A stretch of 64,000 nt of DNA from Felis catus (taxonomy: Eukaryota), in the NCBI RefSeq assembly GCF_018350175.1, contig NC_058368.1, positions 54,190,001-54,254,000 on the forward strand. The letters run 5' to 3'. Of this stretch, positions 37,209-48,339 are shown in pieces. A program made the translations under genes and the position numbers. The notes under the pieces are model-generated. The model made no database searches. It was not told where the DNA came from and saw only the letters and a program-made list of their open reading frames with translations. Every line of letters starts with the position of its first letter. Position 1 is the first letter of the stretch.

Positions 37209-38257
37209 GAAAACTCATCTTTCCTTACCTTTGGATGGGTCTGCTTCCTCTCTTTCACTTTTTTTGAAGCATTTCAGGTATGAACATAGAAGGAGAATCA
37301 GGAAACAGAATACACTAAAATTCTGTTTTATTTACCACATGGTTAAATGTGTACTGTTAGTGGAATTCATGAACTCTATACAATTTAGTCTACCCTCCCT
37401 GTGCAAATAGCCATATTATAAGCAGAAAACCTGAGATGGAGACAAGATGGTCAGTTTGTTAGTTCAGAACTAGTGTTTGTCTATTTCTAGTATACAGGAC
37501 TTAAGTTTATCTAAAATTGTAGACAAGCCTTTCCTACCAACCAAATAATGCTCTGTTCTTTACAAACAATCGCAGTTTGGAGTCCTGTTTAATTTTCTCA
37601 TGAAGACAAACAGGAAGGGGAAGAAGTGAAATTCTTAAGACTGTGATATAAACAATTGCCCAATGAAAAGATGTAGACTGTTATAGCCAGGTCCTCTCTG
37701 GCCCTTTCACTCTTTCATGCTCTTCTTTTCCTGGAATTAAACCAGAAGGAAATTAATCTGGTTAGCAGGAATTTCTCTTGTTTAAAGATTATTTACAAGA
37801 AGGAAGAAAAACTATACAAAATGTTTCCTTGGGTAACAGCATAAACTGAAAATATCCAAGTCTCAGTCAGCATTTCGAGCATGTGTGACAACTCTTGTTG
37901 GAAGGTCCGCCATGGCTCAAGTCTTTAAGTTGGGAAGATAGAAGGACCGGATTGACTGGGAATATCTAACTTTTCAATTCACAGTAAGAAATCAACTGTA
38001 TAATGAATTCTGGCACTTCCAGATTCAAGAAAACACCAGCAATATGCACTAGATTCTCCCCTTCTGCCTATTTTTCTCTTAACTAAAAAGTCAGTGAAAT
38101 CTTTAGTTTGACATATCATCAGGAGATCTGGTTTTATCTAATTTTAGATTTCTCCTCTCACTTTGTCTGAGTTCTGTTGATTCCTTCTCTGTTTCTTGGT
38201 CTTTCTGTGGAACATTTTCTTTACTTTCCTAAGAACTTTGCAGTAGGTTTTTAGATA

Positions 38258-38480
38258 GAGCGTGGAATGCGGGGGATCTGATCCCAGGTCGGGTGCTTCC
38301 TTTGTGGATTTTCATGTAAGTCATTTAACCTCCCAGTCTCTTGCTTTTTTCTCTCTCTAAATGGGACTTAAAAGTGACAACTTCATGGGGTTGACATGCA
38401 GATGAAAAGAGTTAATAAATGAAATGTGTTTAGAAAGGTTTCTAGCACATCAGAACTGCTATGCACATTTTAGATACTAT
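38258..38480 (+). mobile_element. MIR
   Basis: GTAAGTCATTTAACCTCCCAGTCTC...TCTAAATGGGA...CTTCATGGGGTTG...AGAGTTAATAAATGAAATGTGTTTAGAA. Confidence 0.7.
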
Positions 38481-38643
38481 CTTTATTTCCAGTGGAAGAT
38501 TTAGTTCAGTTTCACCTGCATTTGTTCAGATTTGTTCACTTTTATTAACTAGTATTTTCAAAGATATTCGTGAAGAGGTTGTTCTCAGCATCATATTCTG
38601 TCAACTGCCTCTACTAATTGTTTACAGCTCAGGAAACGGTTTC

Positions 38644-39056
38644 TGTACTGGACATCATGGCCATGATTAATCCAACAACCATTGCCCCCTACCTTGTAAA
38701 TAGAATCCAGTTTCCTTTTAGCGAATTCTCTCTCTACCACCTTTAGGTACAACTTGGCAGAAGGTGATTTCTTCCCCTCAAGTCTAATTGGGAATTCTCA
38801 GAATTCTGAGAATTCCAAGTAGTGGGCAGTGGGCAGTGGGCAGAGTGACAAATGGAAATGGTTGGACCTGTACATTCCACCTGGATGAATTTCTCAAGTA
38901 GCTCCTTCTAACTTAGACTGTAAACACTACCTGATTGCTACCTGAATTTTCCTCTTAGTCCTGAGCGCTCCTTCTATATTCATCCTATATTCATTTACTC
39001 AAACTTGGCGAGAGTAAACTTCTGCTACTCAAAACTTCATGTATCCTACCTGATAT
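38644..39056 (+). mobile_element. Ancient ERV-L/MaLR-type solo LTR (LTR16/LTR33-like)
   Basis: TG start; 3' end AACTTGGCGAGAGTAAACTTCTGCTACTC...ATCCTACCTGATATA resembles old ERVL LTR ends. Confidence 0.45.
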
Positions 39057-39339
39057 AGGTTCTTCCCCTGTGTGTTAGCCCTGCAGCTCTGCTTTCTACT
39101 CACACATTCTGTGCGTACCCCAGTGGTTTGCTCTGTTGTATTCTTTATGCTCTGCCCAGCTGCCTCTGTGTCTTTCCCACTGCAGCAGTTGCAAGCATAT
39201 TTCATTCTAGTACATTTGGCAGAAAGAATTGTTTCTTGATTAGTATCTGAGCTGAAAACGGTTTCTCAGTTGAGCAAAATTATCAAAGCTGTACTAGACT
39301 TGTATATAATGGCCTGCTATTTCCTCAGCTCTTTCTATG

Positions 39340-39925
39340 GGAATCTGCTGAGGTCCTTGCTTGATAATGAGTGGGTGTGTTACGGTCATGTGCCATGTGA
39401 TCACACCATCTGGCTGATACTTATTGGCTCAGGGATGTGCATCTACCCCAAGGCAGCAAGTCTATGTTTCAGCAAGGCAGAAACTTCTGACTTGCATAGC
39501 CTGGCTCAAAAAAATGTAAAGAGGGCCAATCAGATCCATCATTTAGGAATTTAGAATTGGGAAACAGACCTGCCTAAGGCAGTTAACCTTAAGGACATCA
39601 TCACAATGATGTATGAAGAGATGCTTATTGTGTAGAGGGGGCTGAAGTACTCATTTGGAGAAATGTGCAGGCTGATGCAGGAAGGGACCCTTGCAAGAGG
39701 GACAAACGAATGAAGTAATCTAGCAGAAAAAGCAGAAATGCATGAAAAATATGATCCCAAGAGAATCTTTGGTTTCTGACGGCTTTCCTTGTCTAGTTCC
39801 TGTGAGACCTGGCTAGACAGCACTACCATTCTCAAATTTCTGGGTTCTTTATATAGCCTTAAAATATTATATCCTACTCTTTTTTTCCCTATGATTTTGT
39901 GAAGCCAAATCTTTCCTGCTTTAAG
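39340..39925 (+). mobile_element. Ancient ERV-L LTR (LTR33/LTR16-like)
   Basis: ATTGGCTCAGGGATGTGCATCTACCCAAG and GGGCCAATCAGATCC...GGAATTTAGAATTGGGA landmarks. Confidence 0.45.
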
Positions 39926-40578
39926 CCGATACTATGACACTTTCTATTTAACACCAATAATTGTACTCTTTGGCAGTAGGATGTCAAGATTATTTCCTTT
40001 AAGCAGCATGGGAATTTTCATATAATTTTTGTTGTTTTTTTGTTAAACTGTTGGCTTTGCATATGCTACACCTTCTTTCTGGATTTCCTCTCCATCTTAT
40101 TGTCTAGGTAGTAGTGATCTGTTCGAAGACCCAACACAGCATTAGGCACTGGTACCTGTAGTCGGCGTATCTCACCAATTCTCTATGACCATTTAAGAGC
40201 ACCATGGTTCAACCAGATGTTTAAAGCTCTTCAATTTTTGCCTTTAGAGAAAAAGATTAATTTGCATTTTCAAGTAGACAGTTGCTTCATTCAGATGTCA
40301 TGTAATCATCCCCACCCCCTCTGCTTTTGTAAATGCCCAATTCCCTTTGAAAAATACTGCAGAAAATCTTTTAGGAGTTTCTTGGAATCATGCCGTTACA
40401 ATAGTACAATGAATTTTACAAACTCTAGCTACTGAGGTAGTATTGCATGGTGGTCAACACCACAGGGTCTATCTAGAGCTGTATTTGGTTTGATCTCAGC
40501 CTTTACAATTTTGCTAGTTGTTGCTTTGGTTAAGTGCCTTAATTTCTCTAATCTGTATGTTTAAAATGGTGATAATGA

Positions 40579-40810
40579 GGGGCCTCTGGGTAGCTCAGTC
40601 GATGGAGTGTCTGACTTTGGTTCAGGTCATGATCTTGCGGTTCATGGATTCAAGCCCTGTGTCAGGCTCTGTGCTGACAGTTCAGAGCCTGGAGCCTGCT
40701 TCAGATTCTGTGTCTCCCTCTCTCTCTGCCCCTCCCCTGCTCATGCTCTCTTTCTTCCTTTGTCTCTCTGTCTCTTTCAAAAATAAATTTAAAAAACATC
40801 AAAAGATATT
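40579..40810 (+). mobile_element. CanSINE (SINEC_Fc)
   Basis: TSD AAAATGGTGATAATGA 40563-40578 / 40811-40826. Confidence 0.95.
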
Positions 40811-40837
40811 AAAATGGTGATAATGATAGTAACTGTG

Positions 40838-41262
40838 TGTAACAGCTAGAGGATGGGATAACCTGATAAAACAACAAAATCTCTAACAACTGTGGATGAA
40901 AAAAAATACGGGAATTTATTTCTGACTTACGTAATAGTCCAAAGGGAGGGGAGCATTTAGAGTGGGAAAGTGACACTGTAATCCTCACACTTAGCTGCAA
41001 TATGTGGGTCCAAGGTGGCTACTAAGATTTCACCATCTCCATCTAGCAAAAAGGAGAAAAGGCTGAGAGGATCCTATGACAATTGCATTATAGGAAATAC
41101 CCGGGTATTTGCACAAACATTATATCCTTACCTTTTGCTGAAGGTCACCCCTAGCCTGAAGGCATGCGGTGAAGCGTTCTATGGGTGAGCAACCATGTGC
41201 TTGGCTTCAAGGCTGGGGAAGATTAAAAGAATGGCTAATAACAATATTTAGTTTTCTGCCAC
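40838..41262 (-). mobile_element. MLT1 (J/K-type) solo LTR
   Basis: Ends TTTTCTGCCACA; GGTCCAAGGTGGCTACT and CAACCATGTGCTTGGC landmarks. Confidence 0.6.
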
Positions 41263-41484
41263 AGTCCTCATAAAGTTGTAGTAAGGTTTAAATTAGTTAA
41301 TATAACTGAATTATTTGCAAATGAGTTAATACTCAGGAAAAAGAGTAACAAATCATACACGGATTCCTAGTTACATGTCAATTCATTCCCAAAAGCATTT
41401 ACATTGCTTCTTTGGGAGGAAAATAAAAGTTTTCTCTAAAGAAACTACAGTATACACAATACACACAACATAACACATGATCTA

Positions 41485-41694
41485 ATTTAGTCTTGATAGT
41501 ATTGACGTTTCAGAATAGTGGGTTGCTATCCTGTGCATTCTAGTATGTTTAGCAGCTATATCCAATAGATGCCCATAGCTCCATTTACCCTTCGTTTCCA
41601 CAACCCAAAACATCTCAAGACCTTGTTAAATGTTTCCTCCAGTGGGAATGGGGAGGGAGAGTGGGCAAACCTGTCTCCATTTGACAATCATTGT
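41485..41694 (-). mobile_element. MER20 (hAT-Charlie non-autonomous DNA transposon)
   Basis: TCCTGTGCATTCTAGTATGTTTAGCAGC...AGATGCC...ACAACCCAAAACATCTCAAGACCTTGTTAAATGT resembles reverse complement of MER20. Confidence 0.8.
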
Positions 41695-42544
41695 TCTAAT
41701 CTCATCAACTCTCTCATTATTATTATCAATGCATTTGTTGATTTCGATTAGCCTTTTGAAAAAAACAAAGAGTATCTTTACCATTCAGGTCAATGAGTTG
41801 GAGATAACATTCATTACTATTAACTAATGAGAACAGTTTAAAAATTTGCATGTCAAGACATCTTCTCTTGGGTTTTCTGAGGTTTCTGCTTGTTCATTGA
41901 ATTAAAAAGAATCATGATTCTTTGTTTTCACCTGGTGTGAACTTTTTTTTTGGTCCTTCCTAAATCTCTAAATGCATCTTGAAACTTGTAAAGAGCTTTC
42001 TCTATAGTATATACCACAAAATGGCCACCAGCAGATGAATTTGTGTTCTTTAGAGATCCGCATGGAACAGTGGGTAAATGGCTCGAGTTCCCCACAGGGA
42101 CATTTGGAAAAATATTGTCTGAAAATGCCATTGAAAATCCCTCAAAATGGCAACACACATTTTTCAAATTGCCAATTATGGCTAAAGGGACTGTGATTCC
42201 TTAGTGGGTAGGAAATATTGTGCCGCTTGAATGATCTATAACTGGTTCTTTAGGAGAATTAATGCACCCTTTCCCATGATAATATTTTCAATTATGCCCT
42301 GTGGGAACTTGGTTAAGACCGAAAATTCCCAAGCCTTTGTCTGCAAAATTCAGAGGCACTTATTAAAATAATATATTATTTTGAATAGAAATCATTGTAT
42401 AAAGTTTGAGATACTCAGGAAAGGTCAAAGTTAAAAATAACTAGATCCCATTCCCTTCACCCCAAAACTATGGTTAATATTTTGATTTATGTCCTTTTAG
42501 TCCTTCTATCATTTCCTTATTACATATAGGTGCTTCCAATTTAT

Positions 42545-42995
42545 GTCATTGTCAAATAAAGACAATTTAATCATCTTTCTCTATGTAAGACTAATTCTTT
42601 TTCTTACCTTTTTACATCATCTGGAATTTCCAAAAACTGCTAATGCAGACAGTAATGTTAATAGCACTAATAGTGGTAACAGTGGGTAATAGTGGCAACT
42701 GTTTCTTACTTTGTTGGAAATATTTCTGCCATAATCAAATGTGACATTAGCTATTTTTGAGATAACATTTTCTATCCTGTCTAGACACTCCTTACTATAT
42801 TAATTATCTTTTTATTCATAATTGATTGAGATTTTATAAATGAATGTTGAATTTAAACACATGTATTTCAATTTCTATTAATCTTGGGTATGTTTTATCT
42901 CATTTTTGATGTAATAGATTATATCAGCAGGTTTTCTAATATTAAGCAATTATTCTATTATTGGGGTTAACTATACTTGGCTATTGTGTGTTGGT
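42545..42995 (-). mobile_element. Old L1 (L1M5/L1ME) ORF2 fragment
   Basis: CAAATAAAGACAATTT, AGTGGTAACAGTGGG, TGAATGTTGAATTT, ATACTTGGCTATTGTG antisense RT-region landmarks; probably continues degraded to ~44800. Confidence 0.6.
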
Positions 42996-43374
42996 TTCAT
43001 AGATCACATGATCCATGTGGGTTTCATGGATCCGTTAAGATTTTACTCTCTTTACGTATAATTTAGATAGGCTTCTAGTCATACTTCAAATTGCAGATTT
43101 CAAAACCTGTGTCTGACAAGAAAATTTCCTGTATTATCTATCATCACTTAAAAACTCTGATCAAATCTTGTAGCCTGAAACTTGTTTTACTTATTTAAAC
43201 TTAGCATTTCCTAATGATCTTTAACTACAAACCCCCAATTTTCCCAAAAAATATTTAGCATAATCCTAGATAACTCGAATTCTGTAGAACACTCTTCAGG
43301 AAGTGGTGGTTTGCTATTTTCCTGTGGGGGTTAACTTTAATGAGATGCATTTCTTTAAGAAAAGACATAAGACA

Positions 43375-43593
43375 GTGGCGCCTGGGTGGCTCAGTTGGTT
43401 GGGCATCCGACTTCGGTTCAAGTCATGATCTCGCACTCCATGAGTGAGTTCAAGCCCCACGTCAGGCTCTGTGCTGACAGCTTGGAGCCTGCTTCGGATT
43501 CTGTATTTCCCTCTCTCTCTGTCCCTCCCCACGTTCATGCTCTGTCTCTCTCTGTCTCAAAGATAAATAAACGTTAAAAAAAATGAAAAACAA
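43375..43593 (+). mobile_element. CanSINE (SINEC_Fc)
   Basis: TSD AAGAAAAGACATAAGACA 43357-43374 / AAGAAAATACATAAGACA 43594-43611. Confidence 0.95.
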
Positions 43594-44026
43594 AAGAAAA
43601 TACATAAGACAGTTTCATTTATTTTTATGTTCCTGACCAATTTAATTAGTACTGTAATTCTTGACACATTTAACTTGCTGATAAACGTATGTGGAAAGAA
43701 TAAAGTTTTCTGTTGAAGGTCCTTTTTGAAAACATTGCAAGTACTTCACTCATTATAGTTCTATTTCAGTTTTTCTAATACTTTCAGAATAAATTCTGAT
43801 CTGTATCTTCCTCTGAAAATAATTGATATTAAAATTTTCAAAGATATTAACACAGAACTCTATTAATATTCCTCTATAACGAAGAAAAATTCCTTGTATT
43901 TAAACCTTCTTTCAAAGGCCCACTACAACATTTATTCATTTTTTTCTAAATACTCTTGTTAGAAGTTTGTGTATTTTATTAGTCTTTTTGATGAAGGCTT
44001 TTCTCTGGCTCTTGAATTTTCTTTTC

Positions 44027-44064
44027 TTTTTAGAGTTTATTTATTTATTTTTTTTGAGAGAGAG

Positions 44065-44110
<46 letters not shown>

Positions 44111-44267
44111 CCCTAGCAGGGGAGGGACAGAGAGAGAGGGATAGAGGATCTGATGCAGGCTCTGCACTGACAGCAGAGATCCTGATGCGGGGCTCAAATT
44201 CACAAACTGTGAGGTCATGACCTGAGCCAAGGGAGACCTTTAACTGACTGAGTCACCTAGGCACCCC
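44027..44267 (-). mobile_element. CanSINE with internal (GT)n (~44067-44109)
   Basis: TSD TGAATTTTCTTTTC 44013-44026 / TGAATTTACTTTTC 44269-44282. Confidence 0.92.
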
Positions 44268-44460
44268 CTGAATTTACTTTTCAATTCTATTGTTACTCTG
44301 CTCTATAATTTATTAACTTTTGTCTTTCATTATTTCAAGATATTTTGTTCTTTACTTTCCCAATTGTAGTTGAATTCTGACATATTTTGATTATTTCTTA
44401 CTTATAAATGAGGAATTTAAATTACACATTATGAGTACCCTTTAAAAAATCCCCAAAGTT

Positions 44461-44675
44461 GGGGCGCCTGGGTGGCTCAGTCGGTTAAGCGTCCGACTTC
44501 GGCTCAGGTCATGATCTCACCGTCCATGAGTTCGAGCCCTGCGTCGGGCTCTGTGCTGACAGCTCAGAGCCTGGAGCCTGTTTCAGATTCTGTGTCTCCC
44601 TCTCTCTGCCCCTCCCCCATTCATGCTCTGTCTCTCTCTGTCTCAAAAATAAACAAACGTTAAAAAAAAATTAAA
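44461..44675 (+). mobile_element. Young CanSINE (SINEC_Fc)
   Basis: CpG-rich; TSD AAAAAATCCCCAAAGT 44444-44459 / 44676-44691. Confidence 0.96.
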
Positions 44676-44819
44676 AAAAAATCCCCAAAGTCAGGTAGCT
44701 TTCACACTTTCCTAATTTTTAAAGTAGTCTTAATTGTAATATTGCAGAAGTTATTTTTTCTTTGTTCTAAAATTATTAGGAGTTTAGAAAATAAATTCTT
44801 TGCATATGAAGGAACATTT

Positions 44820-44962
44820 TTAAATTTTATTTTTATTTTTTTAAGTAAGCTTCATGTCCAGCATGGAGAACAATGCGAGGCTTGAACTCACGACCCTGGG
44901 ATCAAGACCTGAACTGAGATCAAGAGTTGGACACTTAACCAACTGAGCCACCCAGGCACCCT
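44820..44962 (-). mobile_element. Short CanSINE lacking the (CT)n region
   Basis: Antisense tRNA-derived head (CTTGAACTCACGACCCTGGGATCAAGACCTGA...GCCACCCAGGCACCC) joined directly to T-tail. Confidence 0.88.
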
Positions 44963-45369
44963 GCAACACTTTTTTGGAAAATTAAACTTTAGTCATAAAG
45001 CTCTGATTTTAATTAATTTAGTGGATTTATATTTTCTTTTTTAGCAATGGTGGAGAAAGCTGTCAATGTGCCTCCTCATTTTAGCTTGATGTGACAATAT
45101 ATTTGGTCATAGCACACACACACCTATTTACTTCACCTCCAACTTACTCTTTTGGGACTTTGTTATCAACAGTTCCATGTCCTGCTGATTTCAAGTCTAT
45201 TAGGAAATCAATAATAGTCTTTTTTCAAAAAAGATTGAATAGCCCATCTTAGATCACTTTAATTATTGCAGCAGCTTCTTTAAATTCTTCTACAGCATAA
45301 TTATCTATATAAATGTGAATCTTTTGTATCCATCCATTTACTTTTTCATTCTCGTTTGTTTCATAAGTG

Positions 45370-45865
45370 CTTGGCATATTGTTTTCAAAGAGCTACAATT
45401 CCTCCTGTCCAACCAGCCCCTTAGAAATGTGCCTTTATCACTCTTTTTATCCAGAGAGAAAGTCTCTTTGCCCTTCTTTTGATCTGTGCGGTCGTGTGAT
45501 CTGCTATGACCAGTGGAATACAAGAGTGGTGACACTGTGTGACTTCTGGCTTTATGTGTTAAGAGGTTTTGGTATTTCCATGCCTACCCTTGGAAAGATT
45601 CTCTGTCTAGACAACCAAATGGTAAGAGTAGATTAAGATTACTAATTGCAGAGACAGATTATGTGGGGAACAGTTGCTAGCATCAGAGCCCGAGATATGT
45701 GAGTGTGCCATCTTGGACCCTCCAGGCCCCGTTAAGCTATCCAGACAATGCTATATGGAACAAGAGCCAGGTTTTCTCTTACAAATCTTGCTCAAGTTCC
45801 TGAACTGCAGAATGATGAGCACTGAAATGGCTTTTGTTTTTAGCCAGTAAGGTTTGGAGTAGAAC
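45370..45865 (+). mobile_element. MLT1 (G/H-type) solo LTR
   Basis: TGCTATGACCAGTGGAATACAAGAGTGGTGACACTGTGTGACTTCTGG and TTTTAGCCAGTAAGGTTTGGAGT landmarks. Confidence 0.75.
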
Positions 45866-47303
45866 CACTATAATGTAGAGACAAAAAAAATAGGTAGGTA
45901 TGAAGCACTGGGGAGAAGAGAATGTAAATTAATCATGCCTAATTTTAAGGCAGTTTAACTTATTTGTTCTGAATTGTGTATCTTGGCCTTCTTAGAGTAA
46001 AATAAATAATACCAAATAAAGAAAACTCAGTAGTAAAGGAATGACAATTCCACATTTTCTGTATCTAAGAAAAACACCACAAATTGAGGAAACAACTATT
46101 AAATGACAGCTATGCAAAATGTGACATCAATATACTACACAAAAATCTGTGGTCTTTTATCATGAAGGGAACATAAAAGCTAGTTTCTGAGTATAGTATA
46201 ATATTTCAAAGCATGTGTGCATTATTAAAGGTTTTACTGTTTTGACTCTTCCCTTCCTTCTTCTCTTTCTTCCATACCCCCTTCCTTCTAGTGTATGGCT
46301 AGCCATTATAAAAGAAAAGAATCCTAAGTACCAAAATGGATTTTTGGTCCTGTTCCTTTAAGTAACTACATTCGACATTTTGATTGGTTGAAAATGACTC
46401 CCTGTCTTACTGTCACCTCTGACAGCCACACATGGGAAGTTGTGTCTTTATTTATCTATTTTTATTTCTTCCATTAGTGTCTAAATAACAGCAGCTTGTA
46501 CTGAATTACCGTAGGGATTGTCTCTCCTTCTTTGAAAAGAAAGTCATTCATTAGGATGCCTTACCTTTACCAAGAGACATGCTCTCAGCCTCATGATGGC
46601 TGGCAGCCAGAGAAGCAATTTCCTTCCTTTTAAAAGGGGTTGGAAAGCATCTGATGGTATCAGGAAGAGGTATTTCAGTTTTCAAGGTGAAAGAACACTT
46701 GCTTCTTTTATAGATAATGGAAGAAATAAGATACATTAGTGAAAGGCAGAGGGCATACCAATTAAAAATATCCAGGAAGGGCAGGACATAGTCTGTCCAC
46801 ATGTTATCTCAATGTAAATTAGCAGAGCAGGTAATGACACTAGTTTTCTCCTTTACAACTTAAATAATTCAGCTTAAGACAGGTTTTATTTTTAGAAATA
46901 TTTTCTATACCAGAACAACTGATTATACAATATTTATTACTTAGAAGTCTTTACATTTTGTTTTCCTTTCTTAGACTAATATTAAATGCATAGAATTAGT
47001 TATAATGCTGGGGGTGGGGGGAGAGGTGGGAAGGAAACCCCTTACCTTATCCTGGCCTTTAGAATTTGTTTAAAAGACAGAGATTCCTGGAACTAGCAGA
47101 TGTAAGAATTATAGCCATTGAAATTATCTTTAATTGTTGTGAATCAAGATAAAAAATATAAATTAAAACCCATGGAGGGTATGCAATTAATATTTATTGT
47201 CTACCCTTTCCCACATACGCTTTATACAAACATTGTCCAATAGAAATCTCTGAGCCACAAATATGAGCCACCTGTGTAATTTTAAATTTTCTAGTAGGCA
47301 TAA

Positions 47304-47501
47304 TTTTTTTAAAGATTTATCTATTTTTGAGAGAGAGAGAGTGCAATTGGGGAAAGGGCAGAGAAAGAGGGGGACAGAAGATCCGAAACGGGCTCTGTGC
47401 TGAGGGCAGTGAGCCCGATGCAGGGCTGGAACTCATGAACCACAAGATCATGGCCTGAGCTGTAGTTGGACACTCAGCTGACTGAGCCACCCAGGCACCC
47501 C
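47304..47501 (-). mobile_element. CanSINE inside MER33
   Basis: Antisense SINE; TSD core AGTAGGCATA 47293-47302 / 47505-47514. Confidence 0.93.
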
Positions 47502-47620
47502 AAAAGTAGGCATACTTTAAAAAAAAGGCAAAAAGAGGCCTGTAGTGTATTTTATTTAACTTGATATACCCAAATAATACCACATCAATATGTAATCAAT
47601 ATATACATTATGCATGAGAT

Positions 47621-48013
47621 TAAAACATTTATTTGAGTATAGTTGAAACACAATGTTACATTAGTTTCTGGTGTACAACATAGTGATTCAACTTCTCTAC
47701 ATGTTATGCTATGCTTATCACCAGTGTAGCTACCCTCGGTCACCATACAATGTCATTAAAACGTCATTGACTATACTTCTTATACTGTGACTTTTACTCT
47801 CATGATTTATTTATTCCATAACTAGAAGCCTGTATCTTCCACTACCCTTCACCCATTTTGCCCATTCCCCTACCCCACTTCCCTCTGGCAACCATCAGTT
47901 TGTTCTCTACTTATAAGTCTGATTCTGCTTTTTGTTTGCTTATTAATTTATTTTTTAGTTTCCACATATGAGTGAAATACGGTTATCTCTCTACGTTTTA
48001 CTTATTTCCCTTA
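47621..48013 (-). mobile_element. L1_Carn-like 3' end
   Basis: TTTGAGTATAGTTGAAACACAATGTTACATTAGTTTCTGGTGTACAACATAGTGATTCA...CCCTCTGGCAACCATCAGTTTGTTCTC; flanked by GCATGAGAT / GCACGAGAT. Confidence 0.9.
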
Positions 48014-48095
48014 GCACGAGATATTTTATATTCTTGTTTATACGTCCTAGAGATCTGTTGTGTATAGATCCTACATGTAACATATCTCCTTTAGC

Positions 48096-48231
48096 TACAG
48101 TAGCCAAGATATGGAAGCAACCGAAATGTCCATCAATGGATAAAGGGATAAAGAAGATGTGGTATACACACATATAATGGAATATGACTCAGCCATAAAA
48201 AAGAATGAAATCTTGCCACTCACAAAAACAT
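48096..48231 (+). mobile_element. L1 ORF2-end fragment, opposite orientation to 47621-48013
   Basis: TAGCCAAGATATGGAAGCAACCGAAATGTCCATCAATGGAT...AAGAATGAAATCTTGCCA. Confidence 0.88.
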
Positions 48232-48339
48232 AACTCAAAATATATCAATTTCCATGCAAAGAATCACCTAGAACAGTTTTCCTAATACATTTTTTTTTTG
48301 TATTCAGAGCTTTCTGAGTTTCCTAGGGTAAGCACCTAC

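Larger units (their letters stand above)
40432..41330 (+). mobile_element. MIR interrupted by a CanSINE and an MLT1 LTR
   Basis: GAGGTAGTATTGCATGGTGGTCAAC...TTGGTTAAGTGCCTTAATTTCTCT...AAAATGGTGATAATGA; resumes at ~41263 CCTCATAAAGTTGTAGTAAGGTTTAAATTAGTTAATATA. Confidence 0.65.
47228..48098 (+). mobile_element. MER33 (hAT-Charlie) split by a SINE and an L1; 3' end missing
   Basis: TTGTCCAATAGAAAT...GAGCCAC...TGTAATTTTAAATTTTCTAGTAG...TGTAATCAATAT...ATGAGAT, resuming at 48014 GAGATATTTTATATTCTT...TGTGTAT...TAGCTACA. Confidence 0.8.

Noticed and set aside
41928..42167. Minus-strand open frame with AG/GT boundaries, and a CTCF-like CCAGCAGATGAA near 42028
   Set aside because: Peptide not recognised, donor weak, and the motif lacks the GGC core.
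48014..48095. Untemplated filler or small hairpin element (GAGATAT...ATATCTC) at an L1 inversion junction
   Set aside because: It is the collinear continuation of the flanking MER33.
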